A DNA stretch of 64,000 bases from Candidatus Magasanikiibacteriota bacterium (GTDB lineage Bacteria > Patescibacteriota > Patescibacteriia > Magasanikbacterales > GWA2-37-8), in the NCBI GenBank assembly GCA_036744835.1, contig DAIOHD010000001.1, positions 399,860-463,859 on the forward strand. The letters run 5' to 3'. Positions within the stretch are counted from its first letter, which is position 1. Every line of letters begins with the position of its first letter. A program made the translations under genes and the position numbers. This document shows, piece after piece, positions 7,260 to 15,609 of the stretch. The notes under the pieces were generated by a model. That model was not told the origin of the DNA. It saw only the letters and a program-made list of their open reading frames with translations, and did no database searches.

Positions 7260-9188
7260 ATGAGTGATAATTATTGGGACAATTTAGATGAAGAGCAAAA
7301 AAAAGAACCGGAGGAGTTTTACGCCTCTCCGGATGTTAATTATTTTGCCATGACCAATTTCCGCAATCAGATGCGTAAGTTTGGAATTAAGACTGATGAC
7401 CGTCGTCGTCATATGTATGTTATCGGTAAAACCGGTATGGGCAAGACGACCGTGATGGAAAATATGGTTTTAAATGATATTTATGCCGGGCACGGAGTCG
7501 GTTTGGTTGATCCTCATGGAGATTTTGCGGAAAAAATCATCAATTATATTCCGCCACGTCGTATCAATGATGTGGTATATTTTAATCCCGCAGACATTGA
7601 TTTTCCGGTTGGTTTTAATATATTTGAAACAGTTCGTCCGGAGCATAAACATTTGGTGGCCAGTGGTTTGATGGGAGTTTTCAAAAAGATTTGGGTGGAT
7701 ATGTGGAGTTCTCGTATGGAATACATTCTCAACAATACTATTTTGGCTCTTTTGGAATATCCAGGCACGACTCTACTTGGTATTAATCGTATGTTGGCTG
7801 ATGACGAATATCGCAATCGTATCGTGGCGAATTTGAAAGATCCGGTGGTCAAAGCTTTTTGGCAAAGTGAGTTTGCCGGTTACAATGATAGATACAAACA
7901 AGAAGCGGTCGCGCCTATCCAAAATAAAATCGGTCAATTTTTGTCCGCTTCTATTATTCGTAATATCGTGGCGCAAGTAAAAAGTAAAATTGATATTCGG
8001 GATATCATGGATAGTAAAAAGATTTTTATCATGAATCTTTCCAAAGGTAGAATCGGAGAGGATAATTCTCGGTTGCTAGGCGGTATGCTCATCACCAAAA
8101 TTCAACTTTCCGCCATGGAGCGTGTAGATCTGAAAGAAAGTGATCGTAAAGATTTCTTTTTGTATGTGGATGAATTTCAAAATTTTGCTACGGAAAGTTT
8201 TTCCAATATTTTATCTGAAGCTCGTAAATATCGTTTGGATTTGACGATGGCTCACCAATACATGGATCAGCTTGATGAGCATGTGCGCGCGGCGGTAATC
8301 GGTAACGTCGGCAGTATCGTCACTTACCGTGTCGGTTCTACCGATGCTGAAATTTTGGGTAAAGAATTTGCGCCGATTTTTACCGAAGAGGATTTGATAA
8401 ACTTACCCAAATACAATGTTTATTTGAAATTAATGATTGACGGGGTGGCTTCGCGTCCTTTTAGCGCGGTAACTTTACCACCGATTGGCAGACCAACCGA
8501 AAGTTTAGAAAAAGTGGTGCGGGTTTCTCGCGAGAGATATGCTGCTCCGCGTGATCAAATCGAAGATAAAATTATGCGTTGGAGTGGTATGGAAGATTCT
8601 ACCGGAGAAGATCGAGAGCTGGATGAAGATGAAATAGAATTTAACAAAGCGGCTCCATTGGTAAAAGCACCAGCACCGATAAATAAAGAAAAAAAGAGAG
8701 ATTTTCGTGGTGGTGATCGAGGTGGAGACAGGGGCAATGATAGAGGCGGGGATAGAAAGAAAAATAAAATGGACTTTGCTTCTCTACGTCCGGACCCTGT
8801 TTTTGTTCCACCCCCAACGGTGAGAATTCCTCGTAAAGAAAATATTCCGCCAAAACCGATAATAAGAACCGAACCAAAAATTATAGAACAAAAAAATCAA
8901 ACACTTTCTTTATCTTCGCTGCAAAATAGAACTGAAATAAAACCGCCGGAAAAATTAGCGCAAAAACTTCCACCAGAACCGATAGAAAAAGAGATAGAGG
9001 AAGTTGTACCACAAAGCATAAATTTCAGCGATTTGAAAAGATCTGCCAAACAACCTGTCAAACCGACTTTTAAACCACAAGAAAACAAAATAAATCCTCC
9101 AAAAAATAATAAACCTAGTAATGTTGTCAGTAATACGGGAGGATCAAAGCCATTAAAGCCAAATGATGTAGTGACTTTTGATGAATAG
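7260..9188 (+). CDS. TraG/VirD4/HerA-like (FtsK-HerA superfamily, DUF87-type) P-loop ATPase with long disordered P/K/RGG-rich C-terminal tail
   Basis: Walker A GKTGMGKTT, Walker B FLYVDEFQNF, and a TraG-like RKYRLDLTMAHQ. The C-terminal 200 aa are low complexity, including RDFRGGDRGGDRGNDRGGDR. Confidence 0.6.
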   Translation: MSDNYWDNLDEEQKKEPEEFYASPDVNYFAMTNFRNQMRKFGIKTDDRRRHMYVIGKTGMGKTTVMENMVLNDIYAGHGVGLVDPHGDFAEKIINYIPPRRINDVVYFNPADIDFPVGFNIFETVRPEHKHLVASGLMGVFKKIWVDMWSSRMEYILNNTILALLEYPGTTLLGINRMLADDEYRNRIVANLKDPVVKAFWQSEFAGYNDRYKQEAVAPIQNKIGQFLSASIIRNIVAQVKSKIDIRDIMDSKKIFIMNLSKGRIGEDNSRLLGGMLITKIQLSAMERVDLKESDRKDFFLYVDEFQNFATESFSNILSEARKYRLDLTMAHQYMDQLDEHVRAAVIGNVGSIVTYRVGSTDAEILGKEFAPIFTEEDLINLPKYNVYLKLMIDGVASRPFSAVTLPPIGRPTESLEKVVRVSRERYAAPRDQIEDKIMRWSGMEDSTGEDRELDEDEIEFNKAAPLVKAPAPINKEKKRDFRGGDRGGDRGNDRGGDRKKNKMDFASLRPDPVFVPPPTVRIPRKENIPPKPIIRTEPKIIEQKNQTLSLSSLQNRTEIKPPEKLAQKLPPEPIEKEIEEVVPQSINFSDLKRSAKQPVKPTFKPQENKINPPKNNKPSNVVSNTGGSKPLKPNDVVTFDE

Positions 9189-9194
9189 ATAGAC

Positions 9195-9223
9195 TTGACA
9201 AACTGGGTTTTTTGTGCTATAAT
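9195..9223 (+). promoter_or_regulatory. sigma-70 promoter TTGACA-17-TATAAT (perfect consensus) with about 115-nt 5' UTR
   Basis: TTGACA at 9195-9200, a 17-nt spacer, and TATAAT at 9218-9223, upstream of the zinc-ribbon gene. Confidence 0.75.
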
Positions 9224-9340
9224 AATGCCAAATAAGTTTGGGTTACGTACGTTTTTGTGACAAACAAGTAGTCGTTCCCAAAACAGGTCGTTTAATTAAA
9301 AATCCAAATAACATTTTGGGAAATAGTCACAAAAATTAAT

Positions 9341-9655
9341 ATGATGGACAGACAAATGTACTCGGTAGATGCTACTTGTGCGAAATGTGGCGCTCATATT
9401 TCTGAGCTTCCTTTCCAACCAAGCGGTGATCGCCCAGTGTATTGTTCTGACTGCAATCGTGAATTCCGCAACCGCAACCGTGATGACAGAGGCGGACGTG
9501 GATTCAACAATCGTGATCGCGGTCCAAAACAAATGTTTGATGTAGATGTTGTATGTGCAGGTTGTGGTGCCAAAATCACCAAATTGCCTTTCATGCCAAG
9601 AGATGGTGGAAAACCTATCTTGTGCATCGATTGTTTGAAAAAACAAAGAGCATAA
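9341..9655 (+). CDS. tandem zinc-ribbon protein with RG/RGG-rich linker (hypothetical nucleic-acid-binding)
   Basis: Two copies of C-x2-CG..I..LPF.P....P(V/I)(Y/L)C.DC are separated by RNRNRDDRGGRGFNNRDRG. Confidence 0.6.
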   Translation: MMDRQMYSVDATCAKCGAHISELPFQPSGDRPVYCSDCNREFRNRNRDDRGGRGFNNRDRGPKQMFDVDVVCAGCGAKITKLPFMPRDGGKPILCIDCLKKQRA

Positions 9656-9663
9656 AACAAAAA

Positions 9664-9690
9664 ATCACTCCTTCGGGAGTGATTTTTTAT
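9664..9690 (+). terminator. intrinsic terminator (ATCACTCC-TTCG-GGAGTGAT + T6)
   Basis: Perfect 8-bp stem with a UUCG loop and a U-tract. Confidence 0.85.
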
Positions 9691-9691
9691 A

Positions 9692-9772
9692 TCCCTCCCT
9701 CTGCCTGAGAGGGAGGTTAGGAGGGAGTGGGAGAGACTCCTCCCTAACCCTCCTCTTGAAGAAGAGGAGGGA
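9692..9772. repeat. three consecutive CCCTCC/GGAGGG hairpins (GC-rich repeat element, intergenic copy)
   Basis: H1 CCTCCCTC..GAGGGAGG, H2 TTAGGAGGGAG..CTCCTCCCTAA, H3 CCCTCCTCTT-GAAG-AAGAGGAGGG. A paralogous segment lies at 9966-10002 inside mnmA. Confidence 0.8.
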
Positions 9773-9820
9773 ATTTTGTAATCTAGAGACCATTGAAAAG
9801 AACGAAATTCTTTGTTATAA

Positions 9821-10942
9821 TTGCTCTATATGAAATCAAAGAAAAAGCCTGTAAAGGTGTTAGTTTGTATGTCCGGTGGTGTAGATTCGTCTGTCGCCGC
9901 CGCTCTTTTGGTTAAGGCCGGATATGATGTTACCGGCGCGTTTATGGTGAATTATGATGAGGTTTCCTCCTCTGCCCGAGAGGGGGCTAGGGGGAGTGGG
10001 AGCTGTTGGCGAGGGGATTATCAAGATGCTCTGCGAGTCGCTGCTAAACTTCATATTCCACTTCTACGTTTGAATTTTGTTCGGGAATACAAAAAAGCGG
10101 TTTTGGATTATATGTACGCTGAATATAAAAAAGGTAGAACTCCAAATCCGGATGTTTTGTGTAATAAATTTGTGAAGTTTGGGTTTTGGTTGAAAAAAAC
10201 AAAAGAACTCGGTTTTGGCTATATGGCGACGGGTCATTACGCGAAGTTAAGTAGAAAGTTGAAAGTAGAAAGTAGAAAGTTAAAAGATTTCGAAATTAAA
10301 TTATTACAAGCGAAAGATGACAACAAGGATCAAACTTATTTCTTGCATCAATTAAATCAAAATCAATTAAAACACGTCATGTTTCCTGTTGGCGGATATA
10401 TCAAAGATGAAGTTCGTAAATTGGCGGATAAATTTGATTTACCAACTGCCAAAAAAGAAGAAAGCATGGGTATTTGTTTTATCGGAGAAGTGCCAATGAA
10501 AGAATTTTTGCAGAAAAAAATAAAAACTAAAAAAGGAAAAATAATTTTAAATAATAGTAAAGAAGTTTTGGGCGAACACGAAGGCATCCCTTTTTATACT
10601 ATCGGACAAAGATTGGGTTTGAATAATAAACCTTATTTTGTGGTAAAAAAAGACGCAAAGAAAAATATTTTGTTTGTTGGATATGAAAATGACGAGGAAC
10701 TTTTGAAAAAAGAAATTGAAATAGAAAATGTGAATTGGATAAGTGGACAAAAGCCGAAATTGCCGTTAAAATGTGAAGTAAGGCTACGACACAGGCAACC
10801 CTTACAGCAGTGTCATTGCGAGACCGCAGGTCGCGGTAATCTTATTGTAAAGTTTAGTAACCCTCAAAAAGCAGTAACACCCGGTCAGTTTGCGGTTTTA
10901 TATAGCAAAGGTGTTTGTCTTGGTGGGGGAGTTGTAAAATAA
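9821..10942 (+). CDS. mnmA: tRNA-specific 2-thiouridylase MnmA
   Basis: PP-loop SGGVDSS, the motifs GRTPNPDVLCNK and NKDQTYFL, and the C-terminal AVTPGQFAVLY...GGG. The true start is probably ATG 9830. Contains two repeat-derived in-frame insertions (see findings). Confidence 0.9.
   Translation: MLYMKSKKKPVKVLVCMSGGVDSSVAAALLVKAGYDVTGAFMVNYDEVSSSAREGARGSGSCWRGDYQDALRVAAKLHIPLLRLNFVREYKKAVLDYMYAEYKKGRTPNPDVLCNKFVKFGFWLKKTKELGFGYMATGHYAKLSRKLKVESRKLKDFEIKLLQAKDDNKDQTYFLHQLNQNQLKHVMFPVGGYIKDEVRKLADKFDLPTAKKEESMGICFIGEVPMKEFLQKKIKTKKGKIILNNSKEVLGEHEGIPFYTIGQRLGLNNKPYFVVKKDAKKNILFVGYENDEELLKKEIEIENVNWISGQKPKLPLKCEVRLRHRQPLQQCHCETAGRGNLIVKFSNPQKAVTPGQFAVLYSKGVCLGGGVVK
10247..10280 (+). repeat. tandem AGTAGAAAGT x3 repeat inside mnmA coding sequence
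   Basis: AAGTTAAGTAGAAAGTTGAAAGTAGAAAGTAGAAAGTT encodes KLSRKLKVESRKLK, an insertion relative to the E. coli MnmA alignment. Confidence 0.7.
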
Positions 10943-10945
10943 AAT

Positions 10946-11179
10946 ATGACAACAACTATCGGTATAATCGGTGCGGGATTGGTTCTATTGGCTTTTATTA
11001 TGAATCAAACTAAAAAATGGAAAAATACGGATTTGATTTATGATTTCGTCAATTTCTTGGGCGCTTTAATATTGGTAATTTACGGTTTGATGATCAAAGG
11101 TTATCCTTTTGTTGTTTTGAATACCATTTGGGCGTTGGTATCGCTCAAAGATATTTTTATTGACTTAAAAAAGAAATAA
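10946..11179 (+). CDS. hypothetical small membrane protein (2 TM)
   Basis: 77-aa ORF with two hydrophobic helices. Confidence 0.4.
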   Translation: MTTTIGIIGAGLVLLAFIMNQTKKWKNTDLIYDFVNFLGALILVIYGLMIKGYPFVVLNTIWALVSLKDIFIDLKKK

Positions 11180-11182
11180 AAT

Positions 11183-11255
11183 GTCATCCCCGCGAAGGCG
11201 GGGATCCAGGAAAACATAAAATAACCCACTGGATTCCCGCCTTCGCGGGAATGAC
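11183..11255. repeat. long GC-rich inverted repeat (27-nt arms, each arm itself a CCCCGC-GAAG-GCGGGG-type hairpin) upstream of alaS
   Basis: GTCATCCCCGCGAAGGCGGGGATCCAG ... CTGGATTCCCGCCTTCGCGGGAATGAC. Cruciform-capable, with no U-tract on the + strand. Confidence 0.6.
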
Positions 11256-11278
11256 AAAATAAAAAAACAAAACAAAAT

Positions 11279-13102
11279 ATGTTAACATCTTTCGAACTTC
11301 GTCAAAAATATTTAGATTTTTTCAAAAGCAAGAACCATGCGATTATTGGTTCGGCTTCGGTAATCCCGGAAAATGATCCAACTGTTTTGTTTACCACAGC
11401 TGGGATGCATCCACTCGTGCCTTATTTGCTTGGAGCTAAACATCCAGCAGGTACTCGTTTGGCTGATGTGCAAAAATGTATTCGTACCGGAGACATTGAT
11501 GAAGTCGGTGACACCAGTCATTTTACTTTTTTTGAAATGCTTGGAAATTGGTCGCTGGGTGATTATTTTAAAGAAGATTCTATAAAATGGAGTTTTGAAT
11601 TTCTCACGGATAAAAAATGGCTGGGTTTGGATATCAAAAAATTGGCAGTGACGGTTTTTGAAGGTGACGCCGATGCACCGCGTGATGAATTTTCTGCTGA
11701 TATTTGGAAAAAAGCCGGGATGCCAGAAAATAGAATCGCTTATTTACCGAAAAAAAATAATTGGTGGGGACCAGCCGGTCAAACAGGTCCTTGTGGTCCG
11801 GATACAGAAATTTTTTATTGGCGGGGTATTGCTGAATTTCCGCCAGAGGATAGTAATCCAAAAACCGATGAAGAAAATTGGCTGGAAATTTGGAATAATG
11901 TTTTTATGGAATATTTTAAAAATGAAAAAGGTGAGTTTGAACCACTCGAACAAAAAAATGTTGATACTGGTATGGGGTTAGAACGCACGATTGCCGTGCT
12001 CAATGGTTTTGTGGATACTTATCAAATAGATACGATGTGGACATTGATTCAAAAGATTCAGGAAATTTCTGGACGTGAATATATAGAAAATAAAGATGTT
12101 ACCAAGGCTATGCGCGTGATTGCCGATCATTTGCGTACTTCTACAATGATCATGGGGGATGACAAAGGTATTGCTCCAAGCAATGTGGATCAAGGTTATA
12201 TCATTCGTCGTCTTATTCGTCGGGCGGTGCGTTACGGAAAAATGATTGGGTTAAAAGAAAATTTTTGTTCAACAATTTCAGAAAAAGTCATTGAAATTTT
12301 GGGTGATATTTATCCGGAGTTGATAAAAAATAAAGATTTTATTTTGACAGAAATGGCACGCGAAGAAAGTAAATTTCGAAATACTATAGAACAGGGGATA
12401 AAAGAATTCGAAAAATTGGTTGATGGTTTCCGTTTGGCATTTGAGAAGACCGGTAAATTGGTCAATCAAATTTCTGGTAAACAAGCTTTCAAACTTTATG
12501 ATACTTATGGTTTTCCCCTGGAGATGACAATGGAGCTGGCAAATGAAAATGGTTTGACGGTCGATGTAAATGATTTCGATATTGCTTTCAAGAGACATCA
12601 AGATTTATCTCGTGCTGGAGCAGAACAAAAGTTCAAAGGTGGTTTGGCAGATAATTCTGAAATTTCCACTAAATATCATACAGCTACACATTTACTTCAT
12701 GCATCTTTGCGAAAAGTATTAGGAGATCACGTAGCTCAACGTGGTAGTAATATTACCGCCGATCGTTTGCGTTTTGATTTTTCTCATCCGGAAAAAATGA
12801 CTGAGGAAGAAAAAAAACAAGTGGAAGAATTGGTTAATTCCACGATTGCCAAAAATTATCCTGTGAGTTTTGAAGAAATGACAGTAGAAGAAGCTAAAAA
12901 ACAAGGCGCAATGGGATTATTCGAAGATAAATATGGCACGTCGGTAAAAGTTTATACAGTTGGAAATGATACAGAAATATTTAGTAAAGAAATTTGCGGT
13001 GGTCCGCATGTGGAAAATACCGGTACACTTGGAAAATTTAAAATTATCAAAGAAGAAGCGGTTAGTTCTGGAGTACGTCGTATTAAAGCCATATTAGAAT
13101 AG
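11279..13102 (+). CDS. alaS: alanyl-tRNA synthetase (catalytic + tRNA-binding + editing domains; no C-Ala domain)
   Basis: N-terminal FTTAGMHPLVPYLLG and CIRTGDIDEVGDTSHFTFFEMLGNWS. Editing domain HTATHLLHASLRKVLG...CGGPHV. At 607 aa it ends right after the editing domain. Confidence 0.9.
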   Translation: MLTSFELRQKYLDFFKSKNHAIIGSASVIPENDPTVLFTTAGMHPLVPYLLGAKHPAGTRLADVQKCIRTGDIDEVGDTSHFTFFEMLGNWSLGDYFKEDSIKWSFEFLTDKKWLGLDIKKLAVTVFEGDADAPRDEFSADIWKKAGMPENRIAYLPKKNNWWGPAGQTGPCGPDTEIFYWRGIAEFPPEDSNPKTDEENWLEIWNNVFMEYFKNEKGEFEPLEQKNVDTGMGLERTIAVLNGFVDTYQIDTMWTLIQKIQEISGREYIENKDVTKAMRVIADHLRTSTMIMGDDKGIAPSNVDQGYIIRRLIRRAVRYGKMIGLKENFCSTISEKVIEILGDIYPELIKNKDFILTEMAREESKFRNTIEQGIKEFEKLVDGFRLAFEKTGKLVNQISGKQAFKLYDTYGFPLEMTMELANENGLTVDVNDFDIAFKRHQDLSRAGAEQKFKGGLADNSEISTKYHTATHLLHASLRKVLGDHVAQRGSNITADRLRFDFSHPEKMTEEEKKQVEELVNSTIAKNYPVSFEEMTVEEAKKQGAMGLFEDKYGTSVKVYTVGNDTEIFSKEICGGPHVENTGTLGKFKIIKEEAVSSGVRRIKAILE

Positions 13103-13103
13103 T

Positions 13104-13550
13104 ATGATATTGAATAAATATCTAAATTATCCTTGGTCGCACCGTGAACAATTTGTAAAATATTTTTTTATCGGTGTTTCGGGGACAATTTTAGATATTC
13201 TAACACTTTGGATTTTGAAAGAATTTTTTGGTTTACTACCAGTGATAGCTGTTGTTGTCAATCAGATCTTTATGTTGCTTTACATATTTTTTCTAAATAA
13301 AAAATTTAGTTTTCAAACCAAGGGAGATACACGCAAACAAATGGTCAGATTTTTTATCTTAGCCGGAGCCAATTATTTGTTTGCAATAAGTTGGATGTGG
13401 TTGTGGAGTCAATATTTCGGGTACAATTATGTATTGGTTAGAATCTGTAATATTGCCTTGGCCGTAGCTTGGAATTTTTTGTTATATAGAGAGTGGGTAT
13501 ATAAAGTGAGAAATGACCAAGTCCCAATGACCAATGACCAAAATCTCTAA
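13104..13550 (+). CDS. GtrA-family membrane protein
   Basis: 4-TM protein of about 130 aa with KYFFIGVSGTILDILTLWIL. The C-terminal codons (NDQVPMTNDQNL) are supplied by a CCAATGACCAA repeat. Confidence 0.65.
   Translation: MILNKYLNYPWSHREQFVKYFFIGVSGTILDILTLWILKEFFGLLPVIAVVVNQIFMLLYIFFLNKKFSFQTKGDTRKQMVRFFILAGANYLFAISWMWLWSQYFGYNYVLVRICNIALAVAWNFLLYREWVYKVRNDQVPMTNDQNL
13511..13548. repeat. (CCAAT-N)n repeat, single arm (AAATGACCAAGTCCCAATGACCAATGACCAAAATC)
   Basis: Same family as 1041-1096. It overlaps the GtrA ORF 3' end. Confidence 0.7.
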
Positions 13551-13594
13551 TATTAGCCAAATTTATCCAGTAAAAGACGGTTTTTGGCTAAGAC

Positions 13595-13623
13595 TTGACT
13601 AAAATTAAAAAATAGTTTAATAT
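13595..13623 (+). promoter_or_regulatory. sigma-70 promoter TTGACT-17-TAATAT for infA
   Basis: TTGACT at 13595-13600, a 17-nt spacer, and TAATAT at 13618-13623, upstream of infA with an SD. Confidence 0.7.
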
Positions 13624-13647
13624 ATTTACATAAATAATCCTTTCAAA

Positions 13648-13863
13648 ATGGCAAACAAAGACGCTATAGAAATCAAAGGGACAATCCAAGAGTTGTTACC
13701 AGCTGGAACTTTCAGAGTAAAACTTGAAAGTGGTCAGGTGGTTTTGGCTCATTTGTCCGGTAAAATGCGCCTGAATAAAATTCGTTTGGGACTTGGCGAT
13801 CAAGTAAAGATCGAAATGACCCCATATGATTTGACTAAAGGTAGAATTATTTATCGGTTTTAA
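13648..13863 (+). CDS. infA: translation initiation factor IF-1
   Basis: 71 aa, [41 protein letters not shown]... Confidence 0.95.
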   Translation: MANKDAIEIKGTIQELLPAGTFRVKLESGQVVLAHLSGKMRLNKIRLGLGDQVKIEMTPYDLTKGRIIYRF

Positions 13864-13886
13864 AAAATAATTATTAAAAAAGAAAT

Positions 13887-13957
13887 ATCAACCACTGCGG
13901 TGTAGCTTGACATATTAGTTGAGCGTCGATATCGCGGCAGTGGTTGATGTTTTTGTG
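13887..13957 (+). terminator. large-loop hairpin (ATCAACCACTGCGG ... CGCGGCAGTGGTTGAT) followed by GTTTTTGTG; possible infA terminator or attenuator
   Basis: 12-bp stem enclosing a loop of about 32 nt, then a U-tract. Lies between infA and rpmJ. Confidence 0.45.
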
Positions 13958-13975
13958 TAATTAAAAAATAGTTTT

Positions 13976-14089
13976 ATGAAAGTACGTCCATCGGCAAAGA
14001 AAATTTGCCAAAAATGTAAAGTAGTCAGACGCAAAGGTAGAGTTTGTGTGATTTGTTCAAATCCCAAACATAAACAGCGTCAGGGTTAA
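13976..14089 (+). CDS. rpmJ: 50S ribosomal protein L36
   Basis: 37-aa [40 protein letters not shown]. Not in the ORF track (under 60 aa). Confidence 0.9.
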   Translation: MKVRPSAKKICQKCKVVRRKGRVCVICSNPKHKQRQG

Positions 14090-14116
14090 TTTAATTTATT
14101 AAAGTAAGTTTAATTT

Positions 14117-14503
14117 ATGCGTATAGCAGGTACCAATATACCCAAAGAAAAGAAAATACTTTTTTCTTTGCAGTATGTTTACGGAGTTGGTCCGACTTTG
14201 GCGGTTAAAATTTTAAAACAAGCTAAAGTTGATGGTGATTTACGCACCAAAGACTTAACCCCAGAACAAGAAGATAAAATTCGAGCGATTGTCGAAAAAA
14301 GTTACGTTACCGAAGGTGATTTACGTCGCGAGGTCGGAGCGAATATTAAACGCCTCAAAGATATCAAATGCTACAAAGGGACACGTCACATGAAGCACTT
14401 GCCCTCTCGTGGTCAACGCACCAAAACAAATTCTCGTACCGTTCGTGGTAATACCAGAAAAACCATGGGTAGCGGTCGCAAACCATCAGGTATTAAAACT
14501 TAA
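14117..14503 (+). CDS. rpsM: 30S ribosomal protein S13
   Basis: MRIAGTNIPKEKKILFSLQYVYGVGPTLAVKIL... Confidence 0.95.
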   Translation: MRIAGTNIPKEKKILFSLQYVYGVGPTLAVKILKQAKVDGDLRTKDLTPEQEDKIRAIVEKSYVTEGDLRREVGANIKRLKDIKCYKGTRHMKHLPSRGQRTKTNSRTVRGNTRKTMGSGRKPSGIKT

Positions 14504-14526
14504 TTTATTAGGTAAGTTTTTGTAAT

Positions 14527-14931
14527 ATGGCAACAGAACAAGTAAAAAAGATAGCAAAAGCCAAAAAGAAAAAAGTGGTAAAACAAGTTCCACGCGCTGT
14601 AGCGCATATTTTGGCTTCTTATAATAATACGATTATTACCGTTACCGATCCCAATGGCAATGCTTTGGGTTGGGCATCCGCCGGTATGGCCGGTTTTAAA
14701 GGTCCGAAAAAAGCTACTCCATATGCCGCTTCCATAGTGGTAAAAAATTTAGCTGACAAAATTGTTGATTATGGTGTTAAAGAAGTGAGTATTTTTGTAA
14801 AAGGCATCGGACAAGGACGTGAAGGCGCTATTCGCGCTTTTCACACCAACGGCATTAACGTGGTTTCTATTAACGATGTGACTCCTATTCCTCACAACGG
14901 TTGTCGCCCTCCGAAACCTCGTCGCGTTTAA
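14527..14931 (+). CDS. rpsK: 30S ribosomal protein S11
   Basis: Conserved S11 core ...AHILASYNNTIITVTDPNGNALGWASAGMAGFKG... Confidence 0.95.
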   Translation: MATEQVKKIAKAKKKKVVKQVPRAVAHILASYNNTIITVTDPNGNALGWASAGMAGFKGPKKATPYAASIVVKNLADKIVDYGVKEVSIFVKGIGQGREGAIRAFHTNGINVVSINDVTPIPHNGCRPPKPRRV

Positions 14932-14958
14932 TGTTAGAAAATATTTAAAATTATTGAT

Positions 14959-15585
14959 ATGTCTAAAAAAATTAATACTAATTGCGCCAAATGTCGTCGC
15001 GCTGGAGTAAAATTGATGCTCAAAGGGGAAAAATGTTTGGGACCAAAATGTCCGTTTGCTAAACGTTCTTATGCCCCTGGACAACATGGTCCTGATTCTC
15101 GTCGTAGTAAACTTTCAGGTTATGGTGCTCAACTTAAAGAAAAACAAAAAGCTAAAAGAATTTACGGTTTGATTGAAAGACAATTTGCCAATTATGTGGA
15201 AAAAGCTTCCAAAAAAACTGGAGACACTTCTAAAATTCTTTTATCTATGCTTGAATCACGTTTAGACAATGTGGTTTATCGTATGGGTCTGGGCAAATCA
15301 CGTTTAGGAGCTCGTCAAATTGTTTCACATGGTTTGGTAAGAGTAAACGATAAAAAAGTTGATGTTCCTTCTTATAACGTTAAAATTAGTGATGTTGTTT
15401 CTTTGGGAACCAAAGGAAAAGGTAAAAAAGGTTTTGAAAATATTGGTGAAAAACTAAGCAAAACCGAAGCTCCAGCTTGGTTATCTATAAACAGCAAAGA
15501 TGTTTCCGCCAAGGTTTTAAATGCGCCTCAAGTTGATGATGCCGGTTTTAATGCCAAATCTATCATTGAGTTTTATTCACGTTAA
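14959..15585 (+). CDS. rpsD: 30S ribosomal protein S4
   Basis: N-terminal zinc-ribbon-like CAKCRR...C..KC and the S4 domain ...RLDNVVYRMGLGKSRLGARQIVSHGLVRVN. Confidence 0.95.
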   Translation: MSKKINTNCAKCRRAGVKLMLKGEKCLGPKCPFAKRSYAPGQHGPDSRRSKLSGYGAQLKEKQKAKRIYGLIERQFANYVEKASKKTGDTSKILLSMLESRLDNVVYRMGLGKSRLGARQIVSHGLVRVNDKKVDVPSYNVKISDVVSLGTKGKGKKGFENIGEKLSKTEAPAWLSINSKDVSAKVLNAPQVDDAGFNAKSIIEFYSR

Positions 15586-15609
15586 AAAATATTTAATATT
15601 TAAAACCAT

